A stretch of DNA of 64,000 bases from assembly GCF_009914755.1 (NCBI RefSeq), contig NC_060937.1; one strand, given 5' to 3'. Positions 41,011 to 54,599 of this stretch are shown piece by piece. Within the stretch, counting starts at the first letter, position 1, and every line of letters starts with the position of its first letter. The stretch is from the human T2T-CHM13v2.0 reference genome, Homo sapiens. The notes below the pieces were generated by a model. It searched no databases. It worked only from the letters and a program-made list of their open reading frames with translations, and was not told where the DNA came from. The position numbers and the translations under genes were made by a program.

Positions 41011-42049
41011 AAATGTGGCTAAAAGAATACAGACATTTTTATCAATCCATCATCCTGTATTTGTAATTCCTGGCTTATAAGTGGTTATTATATGCAGCAG
41101 AAAATGATCAGGAATATGTTTACAAAGACACTCTGGTTATTAAAAAGGTGCTTATATTTAATATTAAAGTACAGGTAAATTTACTCATGAGAAATTATGC
41201 CTCATAACTAGAAAGAATTGAGAGTGATTAAGATTACTACATAAATGACCAAAGCCATTCAGATTGATTGAATACTTATTTATTTTAAATTAACAAAAGT
41301 AATTGTCTTAATATAAAGGCCCTGATTGTTTAAATCAGTAAATATTAAATTGTTTTGCCCTATCTCACTAGCCTGTTAAACTCTGAATTCTAAATAGTTC
41401 CCAAATGGAGAGACACTTAATTGGATTATTCTATTTATTGATGTTCTGGCTTAGTTTTCCTTTGCAATAACAGACTGAGCAGATAGTTTTATATCTGGAT
41501 TTGTAATTTAGTGTCAAATTATATTTCATTATTAGTATAACTGCAATGAGCAATTTCTGGTCAGTTCAGCCAACTGGAGACCAAATGTTGCCCCTTAGTT
41601 ATTAAGAACCTTAGTAATAATGAGAATAATGCTTCAGAGATTTGCACTCATTCCCCAAAGCTCCTGCATTCCTAAAACCAGAGAAAGCTCAGTTGAACTC
41701 TCTCTCTCTCTGTGCCACCATTTCCATTCCACTCAGTTTTGCCCAGAGGCTACATTTCTTTTCAGAATGATTTTTCTAAAATACTTGTGTGAAGCCTTAG
41801 TTCAATTTGTAGCTCACAAATCAGTCCTCTGGTCACGACACAACACCTCTATAGTTATCAAAACTGGTAATTTGGTTTGGGATGTTTTCCTCTCCATTAT
41901 TTTAATTGCAGCCTCTGAGTTGGAATTTCTATTAGTGCAGCTGGGATCAATACCCTGCTATTGCTCTTCCTTTCTACTTTAAATGTTTGGTGGTTCCTGC
42001 CTCACTCTTCAGTGTTGGGGCCTCTTAGTGAGTGAGTGTGTATATGTGT

Positions 42050-42520
42050 TTCAGTTAGGAAATGTATTTGACTACAAATAATGGTGGAAAATGATGGCTA
42101 AACAAGTAGGGATTCGTTTTCCTCTAACCCTTAAGAAAAAAAAAAAAGTCCACGGAGGCAGTGCAGGTCTGGTGTAGAAGCTCCTTTTGTCATCTGACTA
42201 CACCGTTCTCAGCTTTTGGCTTCCTTCCTCAAGCTTGTCTCAGAGTTATAACATGGCTGCCTCCACCCCAGCCATCACATCCTTGTTCCAGGCAGGAAAA
42301 AAGAAAGGGGAAGGGCAGAAAGTACCTGCCAGCTGAGCCATCCCCACTTTTTAAGGAATTTTCTCAGAGACTCTACCCAGTAATTTTTCTCTCTATTGGC
42401 CAGACCTTGGTCACATGTTTAACCCTAGTTACAAGGGAGTCTGAAAAATGTTATGTTTTCTTTGGTTACATTGTCACATGCTATGGTTCCATTAATAAGG
42501 AAGAAGGGGAGAGTGGGTAC
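42050..42520 (-). mobile_element. Old MaLR LTR (MLT1J/K-like)
   Basis: 'atggctgcctccaccccagccatcacatccttgttccaggcagga' and 'attggccagaccttggtcacatg'. Confidence 0.65.
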
Positions 42521-45500
42521 CGGGGTGGGGCGGGTAGGGGGAAGCGGGGAGGCTTGACTGTCCCTGCGTCAGCACCAGCACGGTGCCTGGCCTGCCTCTC
42601 CTCCCAGCCAGGAGCATAAATCCTGGTGCCACCTACTTTCAGGAGAAGGCCCCTTGAGCAGTCAGTGAAGAGTAACATAGTTGACTTTCTGAAAAGATTT
42701 GGAAACAATTTTAAAACCTAAAGTCTTAAATCCTTTAAAGTATCAATTTGACAATGCTACAATAAGAAAAAAAAATATTTCCTAAGTAGATTTTTAAAAT
42801 AATGTTTCCCTACAAACTATATAATCATAGGGGTCTGAGTGGAGAGAAGGGTAGTGACTTTGTTATTTATCCTGAATGATTTAGTTGCAGGGCCTCTCCC
42901 AGTCACAGTCGAGACTTGGGGTGGCACCGTCTGTGTCCAGCAGGGTCCTGGGCTGCCCCTGCCCTACAGTTGCATTGTCCCAGTCCCAGTTTGACATCCT
43001 GGGAGCAGCTCCTGCATCTCATTGTCATTCTGCCACTGCTGTCAGCCTCTCTCGACTCAGTGGCTTTTGAATGATTCCTGATTCCTGTTGGGAATTGAGA
43101 GTTAATTCTAATCATTCACTATTACAAAGTGGATTTTTCTGCGTGTGCAAGTGATTCTTACTCAACATTCACGTGATGCTCCTTTACCCATTTGTTCCTG
43201 AGTTCACAGGGGCAGAAATGCTTCCTTGGGGTAAGCTAGCAAGAGCATCGACCTTGTTGCCTGTTTGTCCACAGCTGAGTTTCCATTACTAGGGATTGTA
43301 ATGAGACCTCCCTCCAGAGAGCACCATTCTATTTAGTTGTCTTTTTCCTCAAAATGCAGGGGGCTGCTTCCTCATGCCAGCTGCCCCATGGGAGAAAAAG
43401 AAAAGTTATCACTAAGCGAAAGGTATAAGAGTGGTGGCGTGGTGAGGTGTCCTGAGTTCTAGTCCCAGTTCCACCGTGAATTAGCCACATGCTCTTGGGT
43501 CATTCACCCTCTCTGGGCCTTTGTTTCCTCCTCTGTAAATAAGAGGATTGGGCTGGAAAGCCTTTAAGGGCCCTTCCAGAAGCTCTAGGAGGCTGAGATA
43601 TGAATGTCCAAGAAACTCCTCTACAAAGAGATGGAAGGAAGGAGGAGGAAGGAAAGAAGCAGGGAAGCACTGAGGCACTTACCTGTTTTCTCTTTGCTCT
43701 CTTTTTGACCCAGCATAAAAATCTGGAAGCCTGGGCATCCTCTCTCGTGGCCTGTAATGTAAATTCTGAAGCAAGGGCCGGCCAGAATCAACCCGAGCTT
43801 CTCTGAACCGTGAGCTGCCTGTAGGTCGGTCACAGTAGAGAGACTGTGGTGAGAGGCAGCAGCTCCTTTTTGTGCCCCTCCCCTCACAGAACTGCACAGG
43901 TCTAGGGTAGGGGCAGGCATGTGGACTGCTGGGCATCGTCCTCTTTTCCTCCACCTCACAGATCATGGAACTGCACTTCGCTGACTTGTCCTCTGTCCCC
44001 GTCCAGATCCGGGGGATGTGACCGGGGGGCTTCTTTAATGGATGGTTTGGTTTTGTCTGGGTGAATTTTTTCCAGTTGCAACGGGTTCATTTGCCTTTTT
44101 CAGATCGACAAGGAAGACGGGATTTTTATTTTTATTTTTTTCAATGTTTTCTGAAAGGCTAAACACACTGTTGGCACTCAGGAGATCTCAATAAATCATA
44201 ATACTTGCTATGGAAGATTAATTTTTACTTCCAGAATCCTGTTTTTCCAGAAATCTAATGAGATCATCAAGCCACTATGTACAATTTACATTCTTATGCA
44301 GTTTAAATAAAAGGAGGGAAATTATTTATAAACAGGAGAAAAGAAAAACAATAATTATGCCAGGAAAAAAAGCAACTCTGCCACGTAATGCTAACGAAAT
44401 TTGCATCATGTGTGATTGAATATTTCCATTCAAATTAAGATTATAATCATACTTAGAGAATTACTCTTAGAAGGTATTAGGAACTTAAAAATTATATTTT
44501 TAGGAAAATATGACATTTTTTGAAGATATCTAGCCCCAGAATAAGCCAATAGGAAGTAGTCAAAGAATTAACTAGTCCTATTTGAGGCTGTTCTGAAGGA
44601 ACCTTCTCTATTTTGTCTCCTAATTTTGCCTCTAAAACTGTTCCTCCTCAAAACTCAGTTAGTCATGAGCTCTTTATCTGGCACCTTAGGAACTGCCAGC
44701 GATGGCAGGAATGCCTTGTAGACAGCAGAAAGCACAAATGCTAAAAGATTGGGTGAAGTGATAGAGGGCTTCTCCTAGCCCCTTGACAGTTCCCTGAGGA
44801 ATTCTCTGTGGCTGTGGAAGTCAGGGAGAAAAGGCCACCAACAGTGTGCTCTGCTGATTTGAGCCTGGGAACATGTACTGAGCCATGCAAAAAGGCACAA
44901 CTGATGGGTGGCTGTGAGTCACTGAAACTGTTTTTCAACCTCCTGGGGACTCAGATTCCTGCCCTCTTCCATTTTGGCCCTACCTTCTTTTTCCAGCTTC
45001 CTGCTCTGTCCCTCCAGTAACTCAGATAGCCTCCCTTCCTGTCGACATCCTCCCTACTGCTTTCCTGGGGTTGCTGTGTCTGAACTGCCCTCGAAGCAGC
45101 CCCAACTAGGCACAGCTGCTGCTCTGGGCCCCTGGATCACTCTTATTGAGAGAAAAGGGGTCAGGTGGATCACAGGTGTTTTTCAAATAGGGAAGTCCAG
45201 GTGTCTTGGTTAATTACAAGCCGTTATAGCTGGTCTAGAGCCACCACTGGGGCTTGTCAGTTCTGCTTCGCTTCTCTGTCTGGGAAGACATCTCATCCCT
45301 TCCTGAGACTGTCTTTCCTCACAGCTGTCTCTTTCCACATAAATGCTGCCTTCTCCCTTTAGTTTCTCAGTCATTTCAATATTTTCTTACAAGTTCAGGA
45401 TACTGATGCAATAAATGTTTTGATTTTGGCCTTGGCCACATTTTTGCAACCCCTCAGCATTTTGGAGGGAAAGATGAGCTCATTGTGATATAATTAAGCA

Positions 45501-47217
45501 ATTACATTTGTGATAAGCCAATGTAGGAGCTTTGAAAGCAACACATGGAAAAGATATGATTGCATACTGTAGAACTCCTCACCAATGCGGAATATGTGAA
45601 TACATATGATCTGTGTTTCCATATGCAAGAGCTAAATTCAGACTTGGGATAATGAAGTATTTATTATTTTCTTTCTGTTTTCATTAGAGAAGATGATAAC
45701 TTATTGACAGATTTTGCTCATTTTAGAGCCAGTTTTTTATCACATCTCCAAAAAAGGAAGATCAATGTGTCAGAAGAGATGCTAGTAGTCAACTTTTATC
45801 CATTTGTAAATGTTAGTCTTCATTTTTTCTTCTGTGTAAAATACTTTCCCTGTAATTCTCAAAACAAATATTCTTCCAGAGTCTTATTCCATAAGATCTA
45901 GGCAAAACTCAAATCTGTTTATTAATTCTCATAAAGAACAATTTTAGCTATTGAACTTGCTTAATTTTGTGATTAGCATGGAGTTGGCAGTGTTCACAGG
46001 TTTGTGAAAAGACTCAAAAATCCACCTCTTCCATCCCCAGCTTCACACCCTACTGCAGTAAAATTGTCATAAAGAAAAGTCACCAATATTCTCTAAATTA
46101 GAATGTAGTCTCTTAGAGTTAGTTGTATACCTTGAGTGTCTCAGTTCAGGTCTGCCCCTATTTTCATTAGTTTTTTACTTCCTTAGCTTCCAAAGGGCTT
46201 ATTAGTAATACTAATGATTGTTTGATATACTGTAGTAAACCCAGCAGTTGACATAAAACAAATGAAAGCACTGGGGAGATGATGTACTTATTTCCAAGTG
46301 GAGGAATATCATAGGGTTTTGAATTTCTACTCTACCATCCACAGAGCTGGAAGTACTTGAGCATGCAACTTCCAGCCAACGAACCCCAAATAAGAACTAT
46401 TTCCATTTTTATTACATTTAAGACCATGTCCTGGCACAACAGTCATGTTTATTCGCAAAACTCTTCTCAAAGGAGATTCAGGGTGAGCTGTGGCACAGCT
46501 GGAATGAGTCTGCAGCCCTGGATCGGGTTCTCCATAAGGGGCTGAGTGTTGGTCGATGGTGTCAGTGATAACATGTTCCATCTTGGTGTGTGGCCATGGC
46601 TGCAGAAACCAGTGAGAAACCACTGAAATGCTGTACATCTGGACAGATCAATCTGATTTCCTTATCCAGTCTGTCTTCTTCTGTGGCTTTTCCTTCAAAG
46701 TGACTGAAGAATTCAAGCTTTTACTCAGTAGTATCTATTGTATTCCAGGCATGGGGCATCTTGTATACCTATAGCTACTGTCCCTGTAGGTGTATGGTAT
46801 GAGAGAGCACCCTTAAGGTTTCTTTTCCCCACCCCAGAAGCCAGGGGCCTCACTCCAGCTTTCCCTAACTGTGGAGAGAGGGCCCTGCTGCTGGTGGCTC
46901 TTCCCACAACCCCAGGCATTGAAGCTTTCTGTGGAGGGGCTTTGGGATACTTGTCAGGTTCCGAGGCCTCCTCTTAGGGCTGGGGCCATTTAGCATGTAG
47001 CTGGTAGGTGACACTAATAGGCCACAGGCCTGGGTGTGGCATTTATGGCAGGTCTGGGTTTTGCAGCCACTTAGGTTTTGGCTCAGCCACAGCCTCAGAG
47101 CCACAGAATGCCAGCTGTTGTGGGTCAGGGCATCCTGCTTGCTTCACATTTTGTCAGCTGCCCAGGGAAGGTGTTAATGGCCTGGTAGAGCGTATAAAAT
47201 CACCAAACTGGAAAATT

Positions 47218-47340
47218 TGCTGCTCAGAGTGTGGTCCAGGGACCACTGCATCAGCATCACCAGGAGCTTGTTAGAAATGCAGAATCCCAGGCCTCCTGAG
47301 GCCAGTAAGTTGTATGTACTGAAAGTTTGAGGAGCACCGA
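47218..47340. mobile_element. MER5A-like hAT fragment
   Basis: 'gtgtggtcc..gcatcagcatcaccaggagcttgttagaaatgcagaatcccaggcc..aaagtttgaggagcac'. Confidence 0.75.
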
Positions 47341-48199
47341 GCTAGCCCATCTCTTCGTTATGCAAGCTCGCTCTTAAATCATCCCTGATACAGGTGGCTT
47401 ATCTGAATCTCTTACTTTTGGGTTCTAATTTTTAAAACCTATAGGCTCTAGGATCCACCTAATATCTAGATGAAAAACATTTTTCACTTGATATTTGCAT
47501 TTTTAAGTTGATAATTGAAAATATGTTTATCCATTGAGAGTGGTTTATTCTAAAACACGGGATATATCCCTTATGAAGAGGGTAGAGGTGTGTGTTTGGG
47601 GTTTGTCTGAGAAGCAGGTAGCAGCCTTACCTGTTGGACCATGGAAGTGGCAAATGAAACCTCTGAGATGAAGGAATCTACTGAAGCTGAACGTGTGAGT
47701 CCATTAGATTGTTATTTCATGGTGTGGGGCCTGTATATTCAGAGTCCTCTGAATGGGGGCCTGAAAAGCTAGGCAGTATTAACTATCTGACAGTTGATAA
47801 GAAAAAAGCAATAACCAAAGATATGCATCAGGAAATCACAGGGTAAGGACAGTATATGACACAGACAACTCCTTTGATGCTTTGCTACGCTGGCATCCAT
47901 TTCCAAAAAAAATATGGTGTAGTCCTTCTGGTTTCAAAGGTCAGTTTTAGTTGTGTGACTTCAACTCGACAGAGGGTGTTGATTTCCATCCGGGATATGA
48001 AAGAAAAATGGAGGCAGACTTCTCGTGACTACTTTCTCCCCCCTTGAAAAGCTGAAGTGGTACTTCAGGGATATCTGGTCTACCAGAATCATCAGGATTT
48101 CCCCCAAGACAGGAAACGAAAGTGAATAACTGCCACTACTCCTTACCTTGATGTGCCTGGTGCTTTTCTCAATTTCAAAATAATTTTTTGCTACCCAAA

Positions 48200-48760
48200 T
48201 AATACATAGTCATTGCAGAAAAATCAGAGAATACAGATTAGCAAAGAGAAGCAAACCCAGAATCCTACTATCCAGAAGCAACCATTATACATAATTTGGT
48301 GTCTGCCTTTGTAGGATTTTTTTCTGAGCATCTATATATTTATGTAGATATATAACATTTTGGGTAATAATTTACTAAAAAATGGCATTGTATATTTTGT
48401 TTTATAGTCTAATTTTCTAACTATAGTACAAACATCTTTATATGCCAGGAAACTCATCTCTATAATAGTTTGACTATTCATACAGTATTCCCTTATATTT
48501 TTGCACTGTACTTTATTCACCAGTTCACTATTGTTGGTCCTATAGGTTGTATTCACTGTTTTACTACTGTAAACAGCATTGCCAAAAACATCTTTCTAAT
48601 AGGTCTTTGTGCATATCCTTCCTTATTAGAAAAAACTCCTACAATTGGAATTGCTGGGGTAAAAACTGTACTCTTTAAAGCTTTTGATCCCTATTGCTAG
48701 GGTATTCTCCAAAGGTGCCATTTCACTCTCCCACAGACATGGATGAGAGTGTCATAAAAA
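48200..48760 (-). mobile_element. Old L1 (L1ME-like) fragment
   Basis: Antisense L1 3' motifs 'ctattgttggtcctataggttgtattc' and 'ggaattgctggggtaaaa'. Confidence 0.6.
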
Positions 48761-51700
48761 TTGTGATTTTATGTACACAAAAGATTATCTGGATAGATAC
48801 ATATGTAGATAGATAGTAGGTTTTTTAAACAATAACAATGAGCAAAATTACTCTATGGAGTCGGTTATAAACGGGGAGACTTTCAGGTTTTGGAGAACCA
48901 CAGGGAAATCTTTTCTGCTGCCCTCACTGGAAGTGTGGTATTGATGACAATCCTGCTCCAGCCTCGGACTACAGTAACAGCCACAGCAAAGCCATTGGTG
49001 CTCCGTCCAGCCTTTATGGAAAATATTTTCCACTCCAGTACAGTTTCTATCTTTGTTCAACATCCATACTGCTGTCTTTAACTGCTGATGGTATAACAAG
49101 TTAGAAGTAGCTGAAAAATATGATACAAAAAGCCAAGTCATATCCTTTCAAGGTTACAAAATTCAGAGTCGAAGAAAACTAAGATGATCCCATCATTCTT
49201 CCTTCTTTCTAAACCTTCTCTCCTTCTTCCACATTTGTGAAACTTCTATTTTGCACATCACCTGATTCGGGAAGGGAAGGAATGTTCCACATGCTCTCAC
49301 TCCCCTTTTTATTTTGACCTGACTCTGACATCTTCTGACGTTATTATTGGCACACAAAGGAAGGGAAGCTGAGCAGTTCAACCTGTGCTTAGAAGAATGA
49401 TTTTCCTTTTCGTAACAACAGTAGTTGCAAGACGTCTTTCCTTTGTCAATTATGGAGATAATTGGGCCTTTCTCTACAAGTCCATATTTAATATTTCATT
49501 GCCCCAGGCTTGAGGAGAGTGAGGCTCAAACATGTAGGGCCACAGATAGACTGAACTGGGAAGTTAGAGGTCTCTCTATGAGACAGTGTGATGAAGGGCT
49601 CGCCATCTGTTAGATTATAACACGTTCTGCTCTTCATTGAGAACTCCTATAAGAAGCTCCTATTATAAAGAGTATGAATTTTCAGTCACCAACTCAGACA
49701 TAAAAGCAGTACTGCTTTATTTCTCTATAATTGAGCTGAACTTCATCTTGAGCTGCCGCCCTCACCCCCTAACAAGTGAAGACACAGTCCTGCTCTTCTC
49801 AGGGATCCCAATGCCTGCAGGGCTCAGCCCAGGAGAGGTTCAATCCATGATCCTTTCTCAGAACGCTTCTGGCACACAGATTTTCATCAAGTTCCTTCCA
49901 GTCGTCTTCCTCCCACCAGAAGCCCAAACTTGGCATCTGAGCTGGAAAAGCTGCCCTTGCAGCCCCACATGTTCTTCTGCCTTCTGGTTCACAGTGTGAA
50001 CCCTCTGCTCTAGGTTTTTAGCCTTTCCTGGCTCAGAAAGCCTTTTCTGTCTCCAAAAGCCCAGCTCTTGCAACAGAGAGCCTTGCCCTTCAAGACCATT
50101 TCCTCTGTTATGAGTTAAAACAAAATTTTCAGAAATTCAATTACTAAGTTTATCTGCTGCCATCCTCCCTGAAGCAGTGAACAGCCAGGACTCTGTAGGT
50201 GGAGGGCCCCAAGGCGATTAAGAAAACTGTGGGAAAGGGAAACTTGGTTATTATTTCTGCATCCCATTCTCTGCGTCATTTAGAATGTATCATCTCCCAT
50301 TTGTATTTTTGTTACATTTGTCACGTGTGAAGGTCTTGGCTTCTCAGTTAGATTTTAAGCTGCACAAAGGCAAGGACAAGCTATGTCTCCTCTTACTTGG
50401 AGTCCTTGGGGCAGGCACTTCAGGACTAGGTGCCACTGAGGTATAAAGGAGAAAGCCCTGAACTGGGAGTTGGGAGATGTTTGTTCTCTTTCTAGACCCA
50501 CCATTGACAAGTGGCCTGACCCCAACTGTAAAATGAGGGGGCTGGACTGACTGTCTTACCCATCCTTAATTTTCTAGTCATGTCCAGTAAGTTTGTTCTC
50601 CAAATGGGCCCAAAGTACACATTTTCTAAGGAGACTTAGAAACAAGTACCGGAGACTTGTCAGTGTTATATTAAAATTTTCAAAATATTTGAATATTCCA
50701 CTGAATTTTAGGCCAAAAAAAAAAAATGAGTCCCCAGGCTCCATCCACTTCCTACATTGCTCGTTTGATCATGAGCAAAGCCAGTGCTGGATTTCGTCAC
50801 TGCTGCATCTACTGCGTTCAGGACGTGTTTTATAAGCACATATGCAGTGGCTTTTCTTAGAAGAGTTGCAACGGCTAATCATTATTCATCTGATTTCTCA
50901 ATATCCTGCCAGAATAAGTCCCTTTTTAAGATAAATCTTGACTAATATAATTGTAAGTATTCCTCCCACGAGCTCTAGTGTAAGACAGAGGCCTGGAGTT
51001 TCCTGATGAACAAATCCTTGGGATAGGCTTAGGCTAACATCTTCCTCTTTTGTCTTTTTTGTTTTGTTCTTTTTGGTAGATTTCTTTCATTTCCTAATAC
51101 AAGATTAATATTAATTCTGTTCCTCTTGTTTCCAAGCCCTGCTCTGTCATCTCTGGATCTCCAGTATTTGTTGAGATCCTGACTTTCTCAGGATGACTTT
51201 GCTGCAAATGCAAATGACAAGCACATAATGTGGTTTAGAGAGAATTAAAATTACTGAGTAGAAGAAAGGACTCTGTGTAGAATGCTATAGCCTCTTCAGG
51301 CATTTTGAACCGTCAAATTTTTATGCAAGAGGAGTCTTAGTACATCATTAAGCATGGTACATTGCTGGGTGTCAGGCCTGCATTACTTCTCATAAACTTT
51401 CAAAGTCCTTGCAGTCCCAGGGACTTACACACGTATGCTAGATATGTTTAAGTGTTTCTAGCTGCAGTTATACCTCCTCAAACTAATTACATATCAACCT
51501 CCTGGTCTTCTCCCAGAATCTCTGTCAAGCTGTATCAGGATTTAAAGTGTCTGTCATTCCTTTGGTTGGTGTCCGGCTTTTGCTCCCCCTCCTTTTCCTA
51601 TCAGGAGAGTATGTTTCAGAATGATGGACCTGAATGAAGCTTAGAAATACATTTAAAGTAAGATGGATGTCCCATTTCCAAGTGGAAAAAAAAACCGGCA

Positions 51701-52494
51701 GGGTATCTAAAGTATCTGCCTTACTTTCTATATATTTTTTTCTTAATAGTGTCCTGGTTTTAGAATGAGCTCAGGAATATGAATTAGACATCCACATCGC
51801 TGACATTGTTCCTCCAGCAAATCATAAAAAAAATGAGAGGGCGGTCGAATAACTGTTATAGCAAAGCCACCCTTCTTATAAAAGCGTGAGAGGGCCTATA
51901 GACCAGAAAGATCCTTTATTGTACTCCTCTGCCAAATGAAAATATAAGTTTTAGCTTAATCATTTCAGCCTAGGTTCAATTCTTCAATTACAGGACACTT
52001 CTGTGAAATCAGGCTGAGGAAGAACCTTATGATCTATATTATAAATGCAGTTTGGATCTCCATGTTAAAAATCCTATATGTCACTTCACTGCCACCACAG
52101 GTCATTATTTCCAGCACTGCAACCAGTCTCGCCACTTTCACAGCCCAAAATTGCAGGCCAACAGGCCTTGTCAAAATTACAAAATTACCAAGAACAAAGT
52201 CTGAGATTTTGTCTTAAATATTGGTGGAGTAAGGGAGTTGCTTACACATTTTTCATTAGTTCAAAGTTTCAAAGAACTGGCTTCTAAAACTATGAAAAAA
52301 AGAGATGAAGGCAGGTTATTCATTACATTCCGGATGAATAGCGTCTCCCAGGAAGGAATTTGGAGGCCCCTTTCTGAAGGCATTTGTTTCTGGCGTTCTG
52401 GGGAATGCCTCAATGTGGGGAGGCTAGCCCTCTGCAAGTTTTGTGTTCAGCGTCACCCAGAGCCTTTTTCCCTCCTGCTTTCAGATCTGGTTGT

Positions 52495-52807
<313 letters not shown>

Positions 52808-53924
52808 CAGATCTGGTCTTTATTCACAGTGTCAGCCGGTGCCCTGGACATGTCTTTGTTGTGTGTGTGACGCACCGTCTCACCTGAGTTTTCTGCCACT
52901 GGATCATGTGGGTCTGGTTGGCAGACCAGTATCCCAGCCCCCAAGCCACTCAGTGCCGTTGATGGGGGCTTTAGAAATGCAAATAAGTGTTTATTCAACC
53001 TTATGCAGCTCTCAAGCCAGGCTCCAGGGCCAGATTCCTAAACCAAACAACCTGCAACAGCTGGAGGTGCCCTCCTTCACAGTCTGTTGGCCTCGTCGGG
53101 GATTACTGGGCACTGCAGTGTTGGCAGTAATTTTGGCACTGGAATGGCGCACAGCAGTTTATTCCGTCAATGGTAAATTGTTACAGCCACTGCCTTGGAA
53201 ACCACGTTGAGCATGTGTGTGTTCAGTGAAGTGTCTGTCTGTAGGACTTAGCTACCCGGCTTACATCTTATATATTTGTTTATTGTCTGTCTCCCTCACT
53301 AGATTATAAGCTCTCTGAAAGCAGAGACTGTTTTATTCACCACTGTATCCTCTAGTGCCTGGCACATGGTGGGTGTTCAGTAAACATTCTTTGATTAAAT
53401 AAATGATGAAACTAAATTGCAAATTGTCAGTGACAAATTGTGTCTAAAGTGACAATCATATTAATCGTTGCCCAAAAATTCTAGAAAGGGGTACCTGAGC
53501 TTGTCATATCCTGAGACTTGTCCAGGAAGTTCTTTTGGAATGAGAGATCTCTTCAACTAGACATGCCCACTGCTGGGGAGGGGGTGCTCTGGGGACACAC
53601 CAGTTGGCCAGTTCTGGGAGGAGGGCTAGTCTGGCAGGCACCGGGCAAGCAGTGCAGGCATGGCTGATCTAAAGCCCAAGACTGCAGAGAGTGGTTGTGA
53701 GGGGCCCTGGCGCAAGCAGCATTGAGGTAGGTCCAGCACCCGGAAGTCTGTCAACAGGCAGACTGCCCTCTTCTTCTGAAGACTCCAGCTGAGGATGCCC
53801 ACCCAGGCGAAACAGCCAGCCCATTCACAGCAGGCTCTCCCACCTAAGGTGGGTGAAGGAGCTAAGCCATGATTTCAGAGCCCCAGCCAATTTGGGGCAG
53901 AAAAACCAACGCGATGATTCCAAG

Positions 53925-54599
53925 TGAAGTGGCATCGTTCATCTGGGATAATACCCGAGGTTTGTTGTCTTCTGCCAAGGAAATCAAGGATGTGGACACA
54001 CAAGGAGTGAGATTAAGAGCAGAGCTTTAATAAGCGAAAGAAAGAGAAAGGCTATCTCCTGCAGAGAGAGGGCTCCCAAGCAGGTGTCTGGTCTGCCACA
54101 AAATACTTAGGGTTGTGTAGATGAGCTTGAGGAGGTGGTGTCTGATTTACATAGGGCACAAAAGATTGGTCGGACCAGGTGTGCCATTTGCATAAGATGC
54201 AAAAAACTGGTTAGGACTAGGTGTGCCATTTGCACAGCATGTGAAAATCTGGCCGCCCCCCACTTTAATCTTTTATTATGCAGATGGATTCTCCACCTGG
54301 CGGATGCCATGTTGCCTGTTCCTTTACTGTACACACGGTGACAAAGAAAAGGGAAGATGGAGCCTCCAGGTTGAACATACCTGGCCCTCAGGTAGCCCTT
54401 TTCTATTGGCGCAGCTTCCGGCATTCATCTGTGCAAGCTTCCAGCTTGCTTATCTACATCTACAGCTCGAATTTTCAGACTGCTCTTTGTTAGAAAAGAA
54501 ATGATTTGGGGGCTGCTTTTTTGTTAAAAGCAAAATTCTGCTAAGGGCTCTTTTATACTCACTATGTGCCTAAATAATTTCTTTCCATCTCCTGTATCA
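53925..54599 (-). mobile_element. Solo ERV1 LTR, MER50-like
   Basis: Reverse complement starts TGATACAGGAGATGGAAAGAAATTATTTAGGC, as in the recalled MER50 consensus. TG..CA ends; 4-bp TSD caag (53921-53924) / cgag (54600-54603), differing at a CpG. Confidence 0.8.
54284..54391 (+). CDS. FAM124A: Candidate alternative FAM124A cassette exon (108 nt, +36 aa) exonised from the LTR
   Basis: Acceptor ttttattatgcag|A, donor CAG|gtagcc; phase 1-1 and stop-free: NGFSTWRMPCCLFLYCTHGDKEKGRWSLQVEHTWPSG. I recall FAM124A isoforms differing by 36 aa (unverified). Confidence 0.7.
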
